DNA from: Cyanophora paradoxa CCMP329
Lineage: Eukaryota; Plantae; Glaucophyta
Length of the DNA stretch: 64,000 nt
Direction: 5' to 3'
NCBI GenBank assembly: GCA_004431415.1
Contig: QPMI01000596.1
Coordinates: forward strand, 61,047-125,046
Each line of letters opens with the position of its first letter. Position 1 is the first letter of the stretch. Positions 48,722 through 60,884 of this stretch are shown here, in pieces. Under the pieces are notes generated by a model. That model saw nothing but the letters and a program-made list of their open reading frames with translations, ran no database searches and was not told the DNA's origin. A program made the translations under genes and the position numbers.

Positions 48722-49116
48722 ATGCCCCGCTTCGTATTCGTGAAAAAGCAGGTGGTGCAGGCTCCGCAGTATGGCGTGGAGCCGATCTCGCTGACTGTGG
48801 GCAGGCCCAGGTGCGATCGGGCTCCGTGCTCAACAACGGGAACAGTACGTACGGCTTTCAGCTGAACTGGGTCGCGGTCACCAACGCCGTCAAGTACAAG
48901 GTGTACAGGGCGACCAGCATCAACGGCCCTGGATCTCGTGGCCACGGTGAATGCGCCAACCGTCACCTACACGGACTCTCCCTTTAGTTTGGGGCCCAGC
49001 GACTCTACCGCGTGGCGGCGGTTCGCGAACAGGGCAGCAGCAGCACGGGCTCTGATGGCAAAGCCCGCCCACAACCTACGCACAGTCGCTTCTCTACACC
49101 CACGAGGGTGCCATGA
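48722..49116 (+). CDS. Small fibronectin type III-like protein (frameshifted)
   Basis: MPRFVFVKKQVVQAP...FQLNWVAVTNAVKYKVYRATS...VATVNAPTVTYTD; the stop overlaps the next ATG (ATGA). Confidence 0.6.
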
Positions 49117-50849
49117 GCAATTACATTCTCTTCCAAGGCATAGGCGGCTTCAGCCCGCAGATCGAAGCCTACACCACGCTCACGACCGCCACGGCCCAGA
49201 CCTACGGCGATTTTATTGCCGGGGGCGGCCCCGCGTCTTCGGGCTTCCCGAAACCCGCCATAGTCGTCACAATCAACTGGGTGGCCATGGAGGGCGCGGA
49301 CTCGATTCGAATTTACAGGAACGGTACGCCAATCGGATTTGCGAGCAGTGCCCTGTCTACCTCGTACATTGACGATAGCACTGCTCTTACGTGGGCACGG
49401 AATACTCTTACCAGGTGGCCGGCATCGTGGGCGGTGTCGAATACGACAAGTCCGATCCGCTCCTGGTCTGGACTATGCCAAACGCCCCACGAACGTGACG
49501 GCATCAGCACCCAACGACCAGCAGCAGCCTGTCAGCCTCAGCTGGACTGCGTCCACGGGAGCGACGGGATACAAGATTTACAGAGACGGGGCCTACCTCA
49601 CAGACTCCGCGACCAACTCCTACAGCGACACGACCACCGTCTGGGGTACAGGGTACGAGTACCAGATCTCCGCGACGAACACGGGAGGGGAGGGGCCGAA
49701 GAGTATTGCGGCGTACGTCACCACGGACCCGGGGCGCCCACTGGGCTCACTGCAACCCCCGCGGCGGGGCAGCACAGCCTGTTGTGCTCGAGTGGTCGGT
49801 GCCGGTGACGGGCGTCACCGTCTCCTACAACATCTACAGGGGTGGCGTGTTCCTTGCCAGCGACACGAGCAGCCCTTTTCGGACACAACGACCGTTTACG
49901 GAACCACTTACACTTACACCATCAAGGGCGTCAACCAGATCGGCGAGGAAGGCCCTCAGTCCTCGTCTGCCAGTGCAACAACTGCAAACGCTCCTGTTTT
50001 GGGTACATTCTCCTACACCGGGGCCGACCAGACTTTCGTAGTACCAACGGGGACTGTGGCTGTGCGTGTCATCGTATGGGCGGCCGGGGGTGGAGGCGGA
50101 GAACGCGCAGGTACGGGGTCCGTGGAGGCGCGGGTGCTTGCGTAGTTGGTACATTGGCTGTGTCCTCGGGGAGACGCTCATCCTTGTTGTTGGATGCGGC
50201 GGCCCAAAGGGTGTATCGGGGACTGCCACTGCTACCGTCTACGGAGGTGGTGGAAGGGGCTGGAGCCATAGCGTCGATCCGGAGTACAAAAACGGCGCCG
50301 GTGGTGGTCGTTCTGCAATTCAGCGCGTTGCAGGGACCGACTTGGTTGTTGCAGGGGCCGGAGGTGGGGGTACATGTGATTCGAATGGCGGCGGGGGAGT
50401 AGGCGGGGGTTGACCGGTGGTGCGGCTGGGTTGGTTGGAGTAACCGGAGAGATACCGGCTCAAGGAGGCACCCAAACCGCTGGCGGAGCCGGTGTTGTGG
50501 CCTCAGGGCCAGGCCCAGCAACCCGGGAACTTTGCGCCAAGGTGGAGAGACTGGGCCTGATTCAAGCGGCTACAGGTTCGGTGGTGGTGGTGGTGGTGGT
50601 TACTTCGGTGGAGGCTCTGGGTCCAGCAGGAGCGGAGTGTCAGAGAACCCAATAGCAAGAATGTTTGGAGGTGGCGGTGGCTCGAGCTACATAGGAAACT
50701 TGACGGATGCTACGGTGTATCCTGGGTCCGGCCAGGTGGCAGGAAATAGCGGAGACGCTCACTACGCAGCAGGCATTGGTAGGGGCGGCAACGGTGGCTC
50801 GTCTTTCAGCGACGGTGGCAACGGTCGAATTGTGATACTCGCGGTGTAG
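49113..50849 (+). CDS. Fibre/adhesin-like protein: 3 FN3 repeats plus C-terminal glycine-rich domain (frameshifted)
   Basis: VTINWVAMEGADSIRIYRNG, VSLSWTASTGATGYKIYRDG..YEYQISATNTGGEG and LEWSVPVTG..YNIYRGG..YTIKGVNQIGEEG are FN3 units. They are followed by FSYTGADQTFVVP..VIVWAAGGGG...GGGGGYFGGG..GGGGSSY..GGNGRIVI. Confidence 0.85.
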
Positions 50850-50869
50850 TTATTCCTAGTTGTTCCAGA

Positions 50870-51926
50870 TCAGCTCGCCAGTGCCGCTACCTGGTCTTTG
50901 AGAGTTTGAACTTCTTGTGAAAGTTCCTGAATTGCCTTCAACGACAGGGAAATGAGCCTGTCGTAGTTTACCCCGAGAAATCCATCCGCGTTCTCGAAAA
51001 CGAGACTCGGGAAGACGCCTTGGACTTCCTGTGCGATGAGACCGTAATCCGTTTTCGAACCCCCGAGGATGTGTTCTTCCAGGTGAACGACACGGGATTC
51101 AGCTGCAGCAGAAGAGGGAGAATGCCCGACATGCTCGCGACATTTTCTTTCAGGCGGCTATCGCTCGACGAGTTTGTCAGGTATCCTTGAGCATCCGAAT
51201 AAACGGCTCGGTTTCCATCGCCCGTGAGCGTCGAGACGATGAGCCGACCCGTGATGCCAACGCCGACGGTTCCGCACAGCAGTCGTTCGGTGCCGTTGTT
51301 TCTCAAGGATAGACCAGAGCTGACGCTTCCGCTATCAACGATTGAAGTGTTTGCTATGCTTAGGCCATTAGTAGGGCCTTCGATTGCCGAGGTAAATAGA
51401 GTACCTGTAACACCAACGCCAAGAGTCCCACAGAGGAGTCTATCGTTTTCGTTGTACTTTATAGCTACGCCTGAACCACCGCCATTTATGTACGGTGACG
51501 TTCCGGTAATTTGCAGCTTATCGTCCAATGTAACGATGCCCGCCAAGTTTGAAGCCCCGCTCACCCTAAGCCCCCCACCACGTTTGCTCCGCCTCCTTGC
51601 ACATACAGAGCCGCATTCCCCTCCCCGTTCACAGTCCCATTAAAGGTCACCTGATTCGTGGTGTACCCGCTCCCGTCCCAGGCCCCGTTCGTGACGGTGA
51701 GCCTCTGCGTCCTCACGCGCCCCGGCACGGCCGACCCGCCTCCCGCGTGCGCATCTTGTCGCAGCGCAGCTCGCCGACGCGGACGAGGTCGGCCTCGGAA
51801 AAGGGGACGGCCGTGGCGTTGTAGGGGCCTCGGTGGCCTGGTTTCCGAGGGTGGTCTCCTTAATCGTGTGATCGCCCTTGTGATTCACGCTGGCAGCATA
51901 GGTAAATAGAGGACAGCGACCGACAT
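50870..51926 (-). CDS. Tail-fibre-like protein with C-terminal peptidase S74 intramolecular chaperone (frameshifted)
   Basis: SSDSRLKENV..LLQLNPVSFTWK..(fs)DYGLIAQEVQGVFPSLV...VNYDRLISLSLKAIQELSQEVQTLK; upstream are NNGTERL..GVGI beta-fibre repeats. Confidence 0.88.
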
Positions 51927-51949
51927 TTTGGATTGCATCAGAAAATCGA

Positions 51950-54900
51950 TTACATAAGCAGCTTGCCGATCGCGGTCCAATGAATAAAAAGCTGGACAAT
52001 TTGGGTGGGCGTGACCGTCATTCTGGGTTGGAATCTCACTTTAACTGTAAAGCCAGTGTGACTCACCGCCGTGACGTTGGCCCGTAGAAATCGACATCCG
52101 TGCTGCCGCCGGGATTGATGTCGAACGAGGGGGTTACGTTAATAACCGGCGTTGGGTTTGCTGGGGTCCCCAGTCCGCCTCCAGTGTCGTACGCCTGTCC
52201 GAATGTAATGTTGAACGTCACCGTGTATGTTGAATTGATGTTAAACTCCGTGTACGCAGCGTAGGAGTGAAGGACGTGCCGTGCGTTATGTACGCATCCA
52301 TGTTCACGTTTCTGTGCCCGTGGCTGGTGAGCGAGTACTCTGTGTGACTGTGCGTAGAGGGTGGGAAGGAAGTGGGTCGGTCGATGACATTATCCCAGTA
52401 CACATTGTGACTGTGTGTAGAGGGGGGAAGGTAAGTGGCTTGCCCGTTACGTTGTCCCAATCCACGGAGATGTTCGTCAAGTCCGGGGCCGTCCAGTCGC
52501 TGATCTGAGAGATGGTGTGCTGGTGGTCTGCGTGGGGATACGTACTCGGCTTCCCGTGATGCTATCCCACGCCCACGTTGTTGGTATCACGGGTATCGTC
52601 GGCCTCCCGCTGAGATCTGCATACGCCCCCGTGTGTGCCACCGTCGCCAGCTGCGGCACGGCAACGCCCACGGTGCTCACGGCCTGGCTCGCCCCCGGCG
52701 CCATGTGCCACTCGTAGTTCTGCGATGCAAACACGGGCTGGCCTGGCTCGGGCGCCCAGTACTCGATGCCTTGGCGATCTTCTTGGTGTATGGTGCTGCA
52801 GGCCTGTCAACCAATTTATCGACGTAGGCCTTGGTACCAGCCAGTTTGCCTTGGGCTCTGCGAATTGATCCCGTTGTCTATGAAGGCCCCGTAATTCCTG
52901 AAGGCCTCGGCTCCCACCAATCCTGCATGCGGAAGGTCCCGGAATCTCGAGGCGCGAGTTGGCGTCGCCAGGCGGCCACCTGCGCCCTCCGTTCGACGAG
53001 ACGCCCGAGTGACGGATGGCCGAGCCGAATTCGCGCCTTAGGGCTTCGATGTGATTGATCCTGTTGAGGCCCTCCTGGTAGACGGCAATTAAGACGCGCT
53101 TCCGCCCCTTGGTCTCCTCCTTTATCATCTGCTTCAGGTCGCGCATAAGTCGACTCAGGGCGAGCGAAGTCGACCCGAAGCCCTCCTGCATTTTAACGGT
53201 GAGCTGGGAGAGGAAGAGCACGGTCGCGCGATCGATTTCGAGCAGGTCTTCTGTCCTTGGGGTACGGTAATCGTTGATGCTGTTGTCGAGCGCGCGAATG
53301 AAGGCCTGCAGCTCCTTCGGCTCCTTGATTTCGTTAACCGCAGCTCCTGGGCCAAGAGCGAGGCCATTTCGCGCGCCTCCGAGGGTCGTACACACCCAAA
53401 AATCCGGAGCCCAGCTCGCCCTCCAGCCGATTAATTCGGTTGCGCAGCTGGCTCGCCTCGTCGCCCCACGTCTCGACGCCCAGTCGTAGATCTGTTGCGA
53501 GAGCTCCGCGATGAACTGTATGGTGTCGGTCGCCCAGTCGACGGGGTACTTGAAAAAGTTCTTCACGATTTCTTCCGCGCTGCGCCCGTTGATGATATCC
53601 ACGATCACCTGCGCGATGGCGCCGCGAGGATGGACAGGCCAAGTCGCCCACCGTGCCGATCCTCATTTTCGTGAGGGCGCTCAGGGCGGACGACATGCCC
53701 GTCTGAAGGCCAAAAGAGCCGACCGTCATGATCATCTGATCGCGGAACGTATCGAAGAACTCGCCTCCCCTATCTTGCCCTGCGAGAGCGCCTGGTAGGC
53801 CGAGAGCAGGCCGCCGCCGTCGCCAGCCAAGGCCCGCCGCCGCCGCGCCCGCCCGCCGCATGGCCCGCGAGCCCGTACCCCGAGCCGGCGCCCACCAAGT
53901 CGATGCCCGCCCCCTGAAATAAATCGGCTGCCCCGAAAGACATGCCGTCGTTGTTCGCCGTACCCGCCGCCGAGAAGAGCGTCTCGGCGCTGAGGGCCTC
54001 CTTGGCCACCCCGGGCCGCCTTGCCCTCGGGCGCCCCAGGTACGCGTCGCGCTGCTCTTTGGTGGTGAATCGCTCGAGGTCGAAATCGGCGAGGGCGTCG
54101 GCGGTGGCGCGGTTCCAGTCGCCGTAGGGCATGAGGGCGTTGCGCAAAATAACGTCCGAGTCGCCCATCACGCGCCTGTCGAGCGTCTGAAACACGCCCT
54201 CGGAGGGCAGGCGGGCGGTGCCCGGGCGCATCTCCTCCACGGAAACGTCGTCCCTCTCCGCGAGTGTGATGTCGTCTGGCTGGCCAAGCCGACGCCCGCG
54301 CCCTCATCGGCGTACGCCCTTCCCCTTCGTTTTAATATTTGATTGGCCTCCCGTTTCAATGCTTGTACTCTGTCTCTACCTTGGTCTTTCTTGCCTCTTC
54401 CTCTGCCGCCTTGCGCTCTGCGATCTTCCGCCTCTGCTCTTCTATCTCGGCGTTGCGTCTCGCCGCGTTCTCCTTCGCCTGCTGCTTCCGCTCTTCAATC
54501 ACCCTGTTTGCGTACTCCTTGTCCGCTTGGGCCTTTCTGTAGCGCTCCTCGATCTGACTCTTGGCCTCGTCTCCTCTCTTCCTTAGATCGCCATGAATGC
54601 CGTCGTATCTATGTGAATCTTGTATTTGCGGGTGGGTGCTCACGTTTGAAGGCCTCCAGATCGCGCACCATGGCATCGTACTGCGCGAGCCCCTCCGCTG
54701 GAATGATGGCTCTTCGCATTTCCCAAAATTTGCTCAGCTTGCCCACGTAATCGACCATGGAGAGGTACGCGCTCTGTGCGCCCGCGCTCACCGTTTTCGG
54801 ATTGGCTCGCAGCTCTGCCACAAACTTTCCCTTTTGCATCCGTACAGTGACCATTCGAGGGCTCCCCGCCATAGGCTCACTTCCGTCCGCAGTTCGCGGT

Positions 54901-57103
54901 GCATCTCCTCCACGTCGCCGTATGCTATCCAGATGGCATCGCTGATGGGCCTCTGAACAGCCTGACGCTCAAAGTTTTTCCACTTCTCATCGGCCATCTT
55001 TCTCCTCAGTTCTTCGGCGTCTTTCTGACCCCTTCCCGTCAGCTGATCCATAACGTAGCTAAAGTCGCGCATGTTCTCTTCCATGGCGCGGACCCTGTCC
55101 CCCGATGCATTTCCTTCTTTCAGTTTTTTGAGCTCCGAGCGGTAAAAATCCATCTGCGCCCCCCTGAACGTCTCCAGTCGTCGCTTACGCTCCGCTACCT
55201 TCGGCTCCTCCAGCCGTGCAAATTCCTCGTCTGATGCAGTTTGCATTGCCTTCAGTCGTTCCTCTTCTGTCTTGGCAGCTGCCTCCTCGTCCGCCCTGCG
55301 CCGCTGCTCTAACGCGTCGAAGAGGCCCTCTGATCCTCGAGCGTGAGGCCAATGAGCTCTTCCACCTGGTCGCTCCTACCAGCCGCGCGAAGGGCAGCCT
55401 CTCGGCGCCGGCCTCGGATCGGGCCTCGGCGTCGTCTGCGTCTCGGCCGTCCCCATGGGCGAGCGAGCCTCTGCCGTGGCCGCGTACTTGAGCAGCCTCT
55501 GTGCCAGCTCGTCCGCGTTGGCCTTGAATTTTTTCGACTGCTCGTCCGCGCGCTCGGCGGCCTCCTTTAAATTTTTGATTTCCTCCCGGAGCCTGTTCGC
55601 CTCCTGCACCGCCCCGTTTGCAGCTCTCCTGCCTTTCTCCTCGTTTCCTCTTCCTCTTCCAGCAGCTGCCTTCTCGTCTCTGCCTCCTTTTCCAATTTCT
55701 TCTTCCTATCCTCGATCTCTTTCCTCTGCGCCTCAAGCAGCTCGGTGCCTGCGGTCAGCGCTTCAATTTCCTGCAGCTTTTTCGCCTTGGCGGCTTCCCT
55801 TTGCTCGTTTATCCTCTTCAGCTCCTCCTCGGCGTCGAGTATCATTTTCGTGCGCTCTTCGCGACCTGGCGCTCTGCCGACCTTAGCGCGGTGAGGCGCT
55901 CTCTTCCTGCCTTTGCGCGTCTGTCATCAGCTTGTTCGCTTCCGCCTTCTTCTCCGCGACCTCTGTCATTTCCTTGTCTTTCAGCTCGCTCCATTGCTTC
56001 TTTTCGTTCTCGAGTTTGTAGTACTCGCGCTGCGCGTCCTCGGTATCGAATTTAATGGGGGTCTCGCGTTCAGCTCGTCGATTTGCCTCACGAACCCTTC
56101 CGATCCTTGTAGTATTGATGCCGCCTACGATGAGGCGCCCCGAAGATGGCCGTTGAAGTGGCGAGGCCTGCTACCTTATCCATGCCCTCCCGCCTGAGCC
56201 GCCGCCACCCGAGCCGCTGCTGCCCCCGCCCCGCCCACTGGCGTGCCGCTGGAGCCCCCTCCGCCCCCGTGCCTGTACCCCCACCCCCGTGCCTGTACCC
56301 CCACCCCGGTGCCTGTACCCCACCTCCCGTGCTTCCACCACCCGTACCCCCACCGAATCGCACCCGGCACCTTGGGCCCGCCGATGATGTCGTCGTACAG
56401 GTGGCGGTGCGCCCAGTCCGTGATGTCGGCCTTCACGTGCGGGTGCTTGACGAGGGCGTACCTCTCGTCGTGGAAGTGGTCCTTCAGCGCCCAGTTCTGC
56501 GTCTTCGCCCAGTCCGAGCGATCGGGAGCACGTCGGGCGCCGTTGGATGCGGCCCCGCCCGTCGTCTCCGGCGTCTCGCCCGTCCTGTCGGCGCTCAGGG
56601 CGCGGATGTTGACCTTGAAGTGGTCGAACCACGCGAAAAAACTCCTCCCTGTCGCGCCTGTACTGCTCGGGCTCCATGCTCGCAGCGCCTGGCGGCTCCA
56701 GTAGATGTGGCGCAGGGGCCCGCGATGCGCTCGAGTGCGTTGTACCCGGGCCTCACGTCTCCCTCTGCCCCCTTTAGAGTCAGTTTCACGAGGTTCAGGG
56801 TGGCATCCTTTGCGGTGACCGAGTTTGCGATTTTCACGTCGGCCGCCCTCTGATAATGTTCCAGTCCACGCCCGTCTCGGTCGTCACGCCCCAGAGCCCC
56901 TTGATAATTGCGGTGAGGTCACCGTAATCGTCCAAGGTACCGACGGACGTCAGGAAATCGCTGTAGGTCGCGCCCTTGCGCAGCCTTATCTCATCCGCGT
57001 AAATTCCCCTCACGCTCAGGCTCCCGTCTATCGCGAAGGCACCGTTCAGCACCTCGTCCGGATTCGGGATGGCCATGCGCCAGGGGTCGTCGAGCATCGA
57101 CAT
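51950..57103 (-). CDS. Very large coiled-coil plus fibre-repeat protein (one gene or a few; heavily frameshifted)
   Basis: Starts MSMLDDPWRMAIPNPDEV, then a Gly-rich linker and >500 aa of E/K/R coiled coil, then amphipathic helices. It ends with TKAYVD, LATVAHTGAYADLSGRPTIP and W..(I/V).GKP..FPPSTHSH repeats. Confidence 0.6.
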
Positions 57104-57128
57104 TTTATCCGCGAGAGAGAAAAATTAA

Positions 57129-58068
57129 CTAATGCTCCGCGTCCCACGTCCACTTCAGCTTGCCGCTCACCTCGCCCGTTGTCCAGCGGCCCACGGGCAC
57201 CTGCCAGAAAACGTCGGCGTAGGGTAATCGGGCCTGATAGTATCTGCTCGTCACGCAGCCAGCGGTAGGCCTCGGAGGCGTCGCGAATCTTTGGCTCCCA
57301 GTATTCCCCACCCGTGCCGTTCGCAGCGAGTACCCCTCCCTTGCTACCCGTACCCTGTAAAAGTGATCGCCCATTAGCGTGTCTACCCCCCTGTACTCGA
57401 ATTCTACGATTAAGGCCAAGTCCTGCCATGCGCTCTCACCGAACGGATGTGACTGAGGCTGTGCAGCAGCCCGTATTAATTGACCAGAGGCGTTACAAGA
57501 TCGACTCTGTAAGTAAGGGGCGAGGGGTAGCCAGGCACGCCCGTAAAGGTACGCGTCTTGACGCCCGAGCCCTTTCGCGGGAATATGATCAGGCGCATTT
57601 AAGGGGGCCTGCGAAAATCTAGTCGGCCTACTTAGCGTAGCCCAGAGGCCGAAGTTCTTGACGATGAAGGCGTTGTTCTTCTTGGTGGCGCCCGTGATGT
57701 CGGTGAAGCGCACGCGCAGCTCCTGGAATTTGTCGTACGCGACGTAATTCGGCGCACGGCATGGGCACTCGAACCAGTAAGGATGGTGTTTTCCAGGCCG
57801 TCGTGGCCCACGTCGGAATCACGACCTTGTTGATGCACGCGTTCACGTTCGAGATGGTCGTGACGTTCAATCGGGCACGTCCATCAGCAGCACGTTTACG
57901 GTTTTCGCGGCGGTGGGTCCGGAATCGCGGTCGTGTCCAGCTCCAGGTAGACTCCCTTGATCTGCAGCGTGTCGATGTCGGAGGGGATCTGGTTCAGCCT
58001 GAGGCGCCAGAAGCCCTCGGAATCCTGCGTCTCTCCGTTCGACTGGACTAGAGGTTAACGCAGGACAT
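57129..58068 (-). CDS. Viral hypothetical protein, beta-rich, possibly structural (frameshifted)
   Basis: NVTTISNVNACINKVVIPTW...ELRVRFTDITG..NAFIVKNFGLW...WQDLALIVEFEYRG...GEVSGKLKWTWDAEH*. Confidence 0.5.
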
Positions 58069-58277
58069 TATTTAGGCCTTAGGAGGGGCTGAGAAATTAA
58101 GCCCGCTTCGGTCCCATGTTCAGGAGGTGGGCCCACGAAGTAGTAGCCGCGAATTGTGCGAGAGATCCGCAGCAGTAGTAGCGCGCGGGCGACATGTACG
58201 CAACGCGCCGAGGTCAGGAGGCTGCCCAGGTAGCGCGAATCGCTGAGGATGTTGTCGAGGCTCGGCAGGGACATCAT
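58068..58277 (-). CDS. Small viral hypothetical protein
   Basis: 69-aa ORF packed between its neighbours; the stop overlaps the next ATG (TAATG). Confidence 0.4.
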   Translation of the reverse strand: MMSLPSLDNILSDSRYLGSLLTSARCVHVARALLLLRISRTIRGYYFVGPPPEHGTEAGLISQPLLRPK

Positions 58278-58304
58278 TCTCGGGTTTAAGGCCCTTTCAG
58301 AAAT

Positions 58305-58659
58305 TTACTTGGGCATGAAGAAATTCCTGACGCGCTCTCCCTCCTCGTGCAGCGCCCACTGCAGCCGGTCGATGACGGCGGCCATCACGGGCGGCTCGCG
58401 CGGGTTTTTCGCGTACGCCCTGGCGTCCTCTGCCATCTGGGTGGTACTGCTCGACCCGCTTGGCGTAGCTCGCGATGGCGCGGCGGGTGCACCGATCCAG
58501 GTCAGCCGCCATTTCCGCCGGTGCCTTCGGCTGCTGCTGCTTCTTTCGCGCGTAAGTCCTAAGAAGCAAGGGTAGGCCGTGGTGCTGCTGCTGGTGCTGG
58601 TGTTGGTGGACGATTGATCCTCGGCGCTGGGGCTGTGTCGCGGGAGTCTCCATTTCCAT
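58305..58659 (-). CDS. Small viral hypothetical protein (frameshifted)
   Basis: MEMETPATQP...EMAADLDRCTRRAIASYAKRVEQY..EDARAYAKNPREPPVMAAVIDRLQWALHEEGERVRNFFMPK*. Confidence 0.45.
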
Positions 58660-58718
58660 GTTCTCTAGAAAAAAACGCGTACCGGTCTGCGTCATCTGAA
58701 TGTCCACGTGGTGCGGGC

Positions 58719-58924
58719 CTATGTTCTGGACGCTCTCGCGCCTCTGCTCGGGCGGGGCTCGGGCTCGGGCTGCCCCGGCGCACGACCTAAGGGCCGCCGC
58801 CTTCAGGGCCCAGCACGGTGTTGGGGCGCACTCGCTCCGTGCCGCCCAGCAGCTCGGAAATCAGGAAGAGCGCGCCGCATACGACGGTGATGACGTCCGA
58901 GTGGGTGCATTCCCCCTGGAACAT
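58719..58924 (-). CDS. Small single-pass membrane protein
   Basis: MFQGECTHSDVITVVCGALFLISELLGGTERVRPNTVL; preceded by the minus-16 motif. Confidence 0.5.
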
Positions 58925-58941
58925 CTTGCGGGCGCGTCAGA

Positions 58942-60850
58942 TTAATTAACCGCGGCCCTGCCCTTCCGCGCCCTTGCCTTTCCGCGCCGCGGCCAGCCTC
59001 CGATCTCGGCGGCCTGCGGCGCGAAGCGCGGATCGTCCGAGGGGCGGACTCCGTCTGGAAGATGGAGAAGAGGTAGCCGTCCGTGTTGTTGTCGGTGTTA
59101 TTCTGGTTGCGCGCGTGCGACCACTGCTTCAGCAGGTCGCGCCGCTGCGTCTCGGGCAGCGTCTTCGTGAGGTACTCCTGCAGCCGCCCGCCGTAATTTT
59201 CCTCCGGAATCAGCTCGGCGAGATGGTGGGCGGGTCTTTTCCCATGCCGATTCTCCCCGGTTCAGGTCGTCGATGAGCTCCGCGTTCTGCAGGATTCTCT
59301 CCGCGTCCTGCCCGCCTCTTGCTGCAGCTGCTCCACCAGCCTCCTTCGGCCTCCGCGATTTGCGGCCAGAATTTCGCCCAGCCTCTCGTAGACGGTTGTC
59401 GTACCCGGCTCCTTTTCTTGAGTACCACGACCCAATCGTACTTTGCCAAGCACTGCAGGTTCGATATGTGGTCGATCGTGACGAGCACGTGGGCGTGCAA
59501 GCAGCCGTCGGTCGGCCCCACTTCCACGCCCCCCTGCACGCGATTCGATGATGGCGTTTGCAAAGGTATCGTCCTTGTACTTGCCGTCTCTTCCTTTAAA
59601 TTAAATCGAATGAACTTGTAGAATTCGGCGTCCGAGAGCACCTGGGCCAGGCTGCCGCGGAAGGCTCCACCTCGAATTCTCTCGCGGCGCCAGCCTCTTG
59701 TGTGTGTTGAAGAGACCAGTACCGCGACTGGCGCGCCTGTCAATATCGTAGCGCGTGCTGCCGTCGGCGTTCTTTTTGTTGAGATGAAACCGAGCGGCCC
59801 GTCTCGTTGATTTCGGTGATGACCTTTTCGAGCGCCTCCAGCCGTTGGCCCTCGCGGCCTGCAGCCCGTTTTCGTCTTTTCTATGTTCTCCCTCACTCCG
59901 TCGATTTCCTTAGGATCTCGTCGATCCTGCTCATGTCGGCGCGGCGATATCCTGCTTCCTAATTTTCTCCTGGCCGAACCGGCGCGATGGCGACTGGCCG
60001 AAGGCGCGGCCATATCTTGGCGATTTCGAGGCCTTCGTCTTCGGCGCCAGCACCGTCTGCGCCATCTGATTCTGCGCCTGCGCCGACACGGCCGTGGTGT
60101 CGCCCCTCTTGCGCCGCTGCAGGCCCAAATTCGCGAGGAGGCCGCGATCGTCCAGGAATCGGTAGCACTGCATGCAGAGCCGAGTTTTCGGGTACACGGG
60201 GCAGCTGCGCGGGTTCTTGTCTTTGATCGGGGGGTACTTGTTTTTTGGCTTTGCGCCTTCGCCCACTCGTTTGCCTTGTCGACCTTTTTCGCGTAATCGG
60301 CGTACGCGGCCTCCTTCTTCGCGGTCGCCTCCGCGACGGCCTCGCGGTGCCTTTTGCGGGTATGCTCGGGATTTCGTACATGAGGCGCAGGCAGCGGTAG
60401 CAGACGGGCGGCGATTTTTGGGCGCTCTGGAAGGCGCGGGATGGCCCGCAGGCGCTCCTCGGGCAGCGCGTCGTAGAACTGCTTGCTGTGGATGCTCCAG
60501 AACGTGGCATCTTTGTAGTAGGCGTCGAGCGCAGTGGTTTCCGGTACTGCACGCGCGTGATCGGATCCTGAGATTTTAACTACATCCGGGATGCCTTCTG
60601 CATTTCGATGATCTGCCCGTTTTCGCCCTCGACCAGACGGCCGCTTTGGAATTTCGACTATGGGCATATCGAGCTCGTTGTATTTCTTTTCCTTCATCTT
60701 CTTCCCCGCTTCCCTTTGGCTTCGGCTCATCCTCGGCCTCTTCCTTTCTACCTCTTCTCTGATTCCGATTCTGGCTTCTCCTTTCCTCGTACGCCGACCC
60801 TCGGACTCGCTCTCCGGCTTCTTCTTACGGCCTCGGCGCTTCGGAGGCAT
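58942..60850 (-). CDS. Long HUH-superfamily endonuclease with basic N-terminal extension (frameshifted)
   Basis: GVEVGPTDGCLHAHVLVTIDHISNLQ (HUH at 59489-59497) and RLQEYLTK (YxxK at 59163-59174). The N-terminus MPPKRRGRKKK is NLS-like. Confidence 0.75.
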
Positions 60851-60884
60851 ATTTATTGGCTACAAGAAAAAAATTACACGAGCT

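Noticed and set aside
48684-50870. Invertible fibre segment (shufflon) explaining the + strand FN3 genes
   Set aside because: No flanking inverted repeats or invertase were found, and the genes have their own minus-16 motif.
48722-57103. Bacterial prophage or contaminant
   Set aside because: The fibre domains are phage-like, but the neighbours are a VLTF3-like factor and an A32-like ATPase. Starts show AAAATG rather than Shine-Dalgarno sites, and no terminase or portal is seen.
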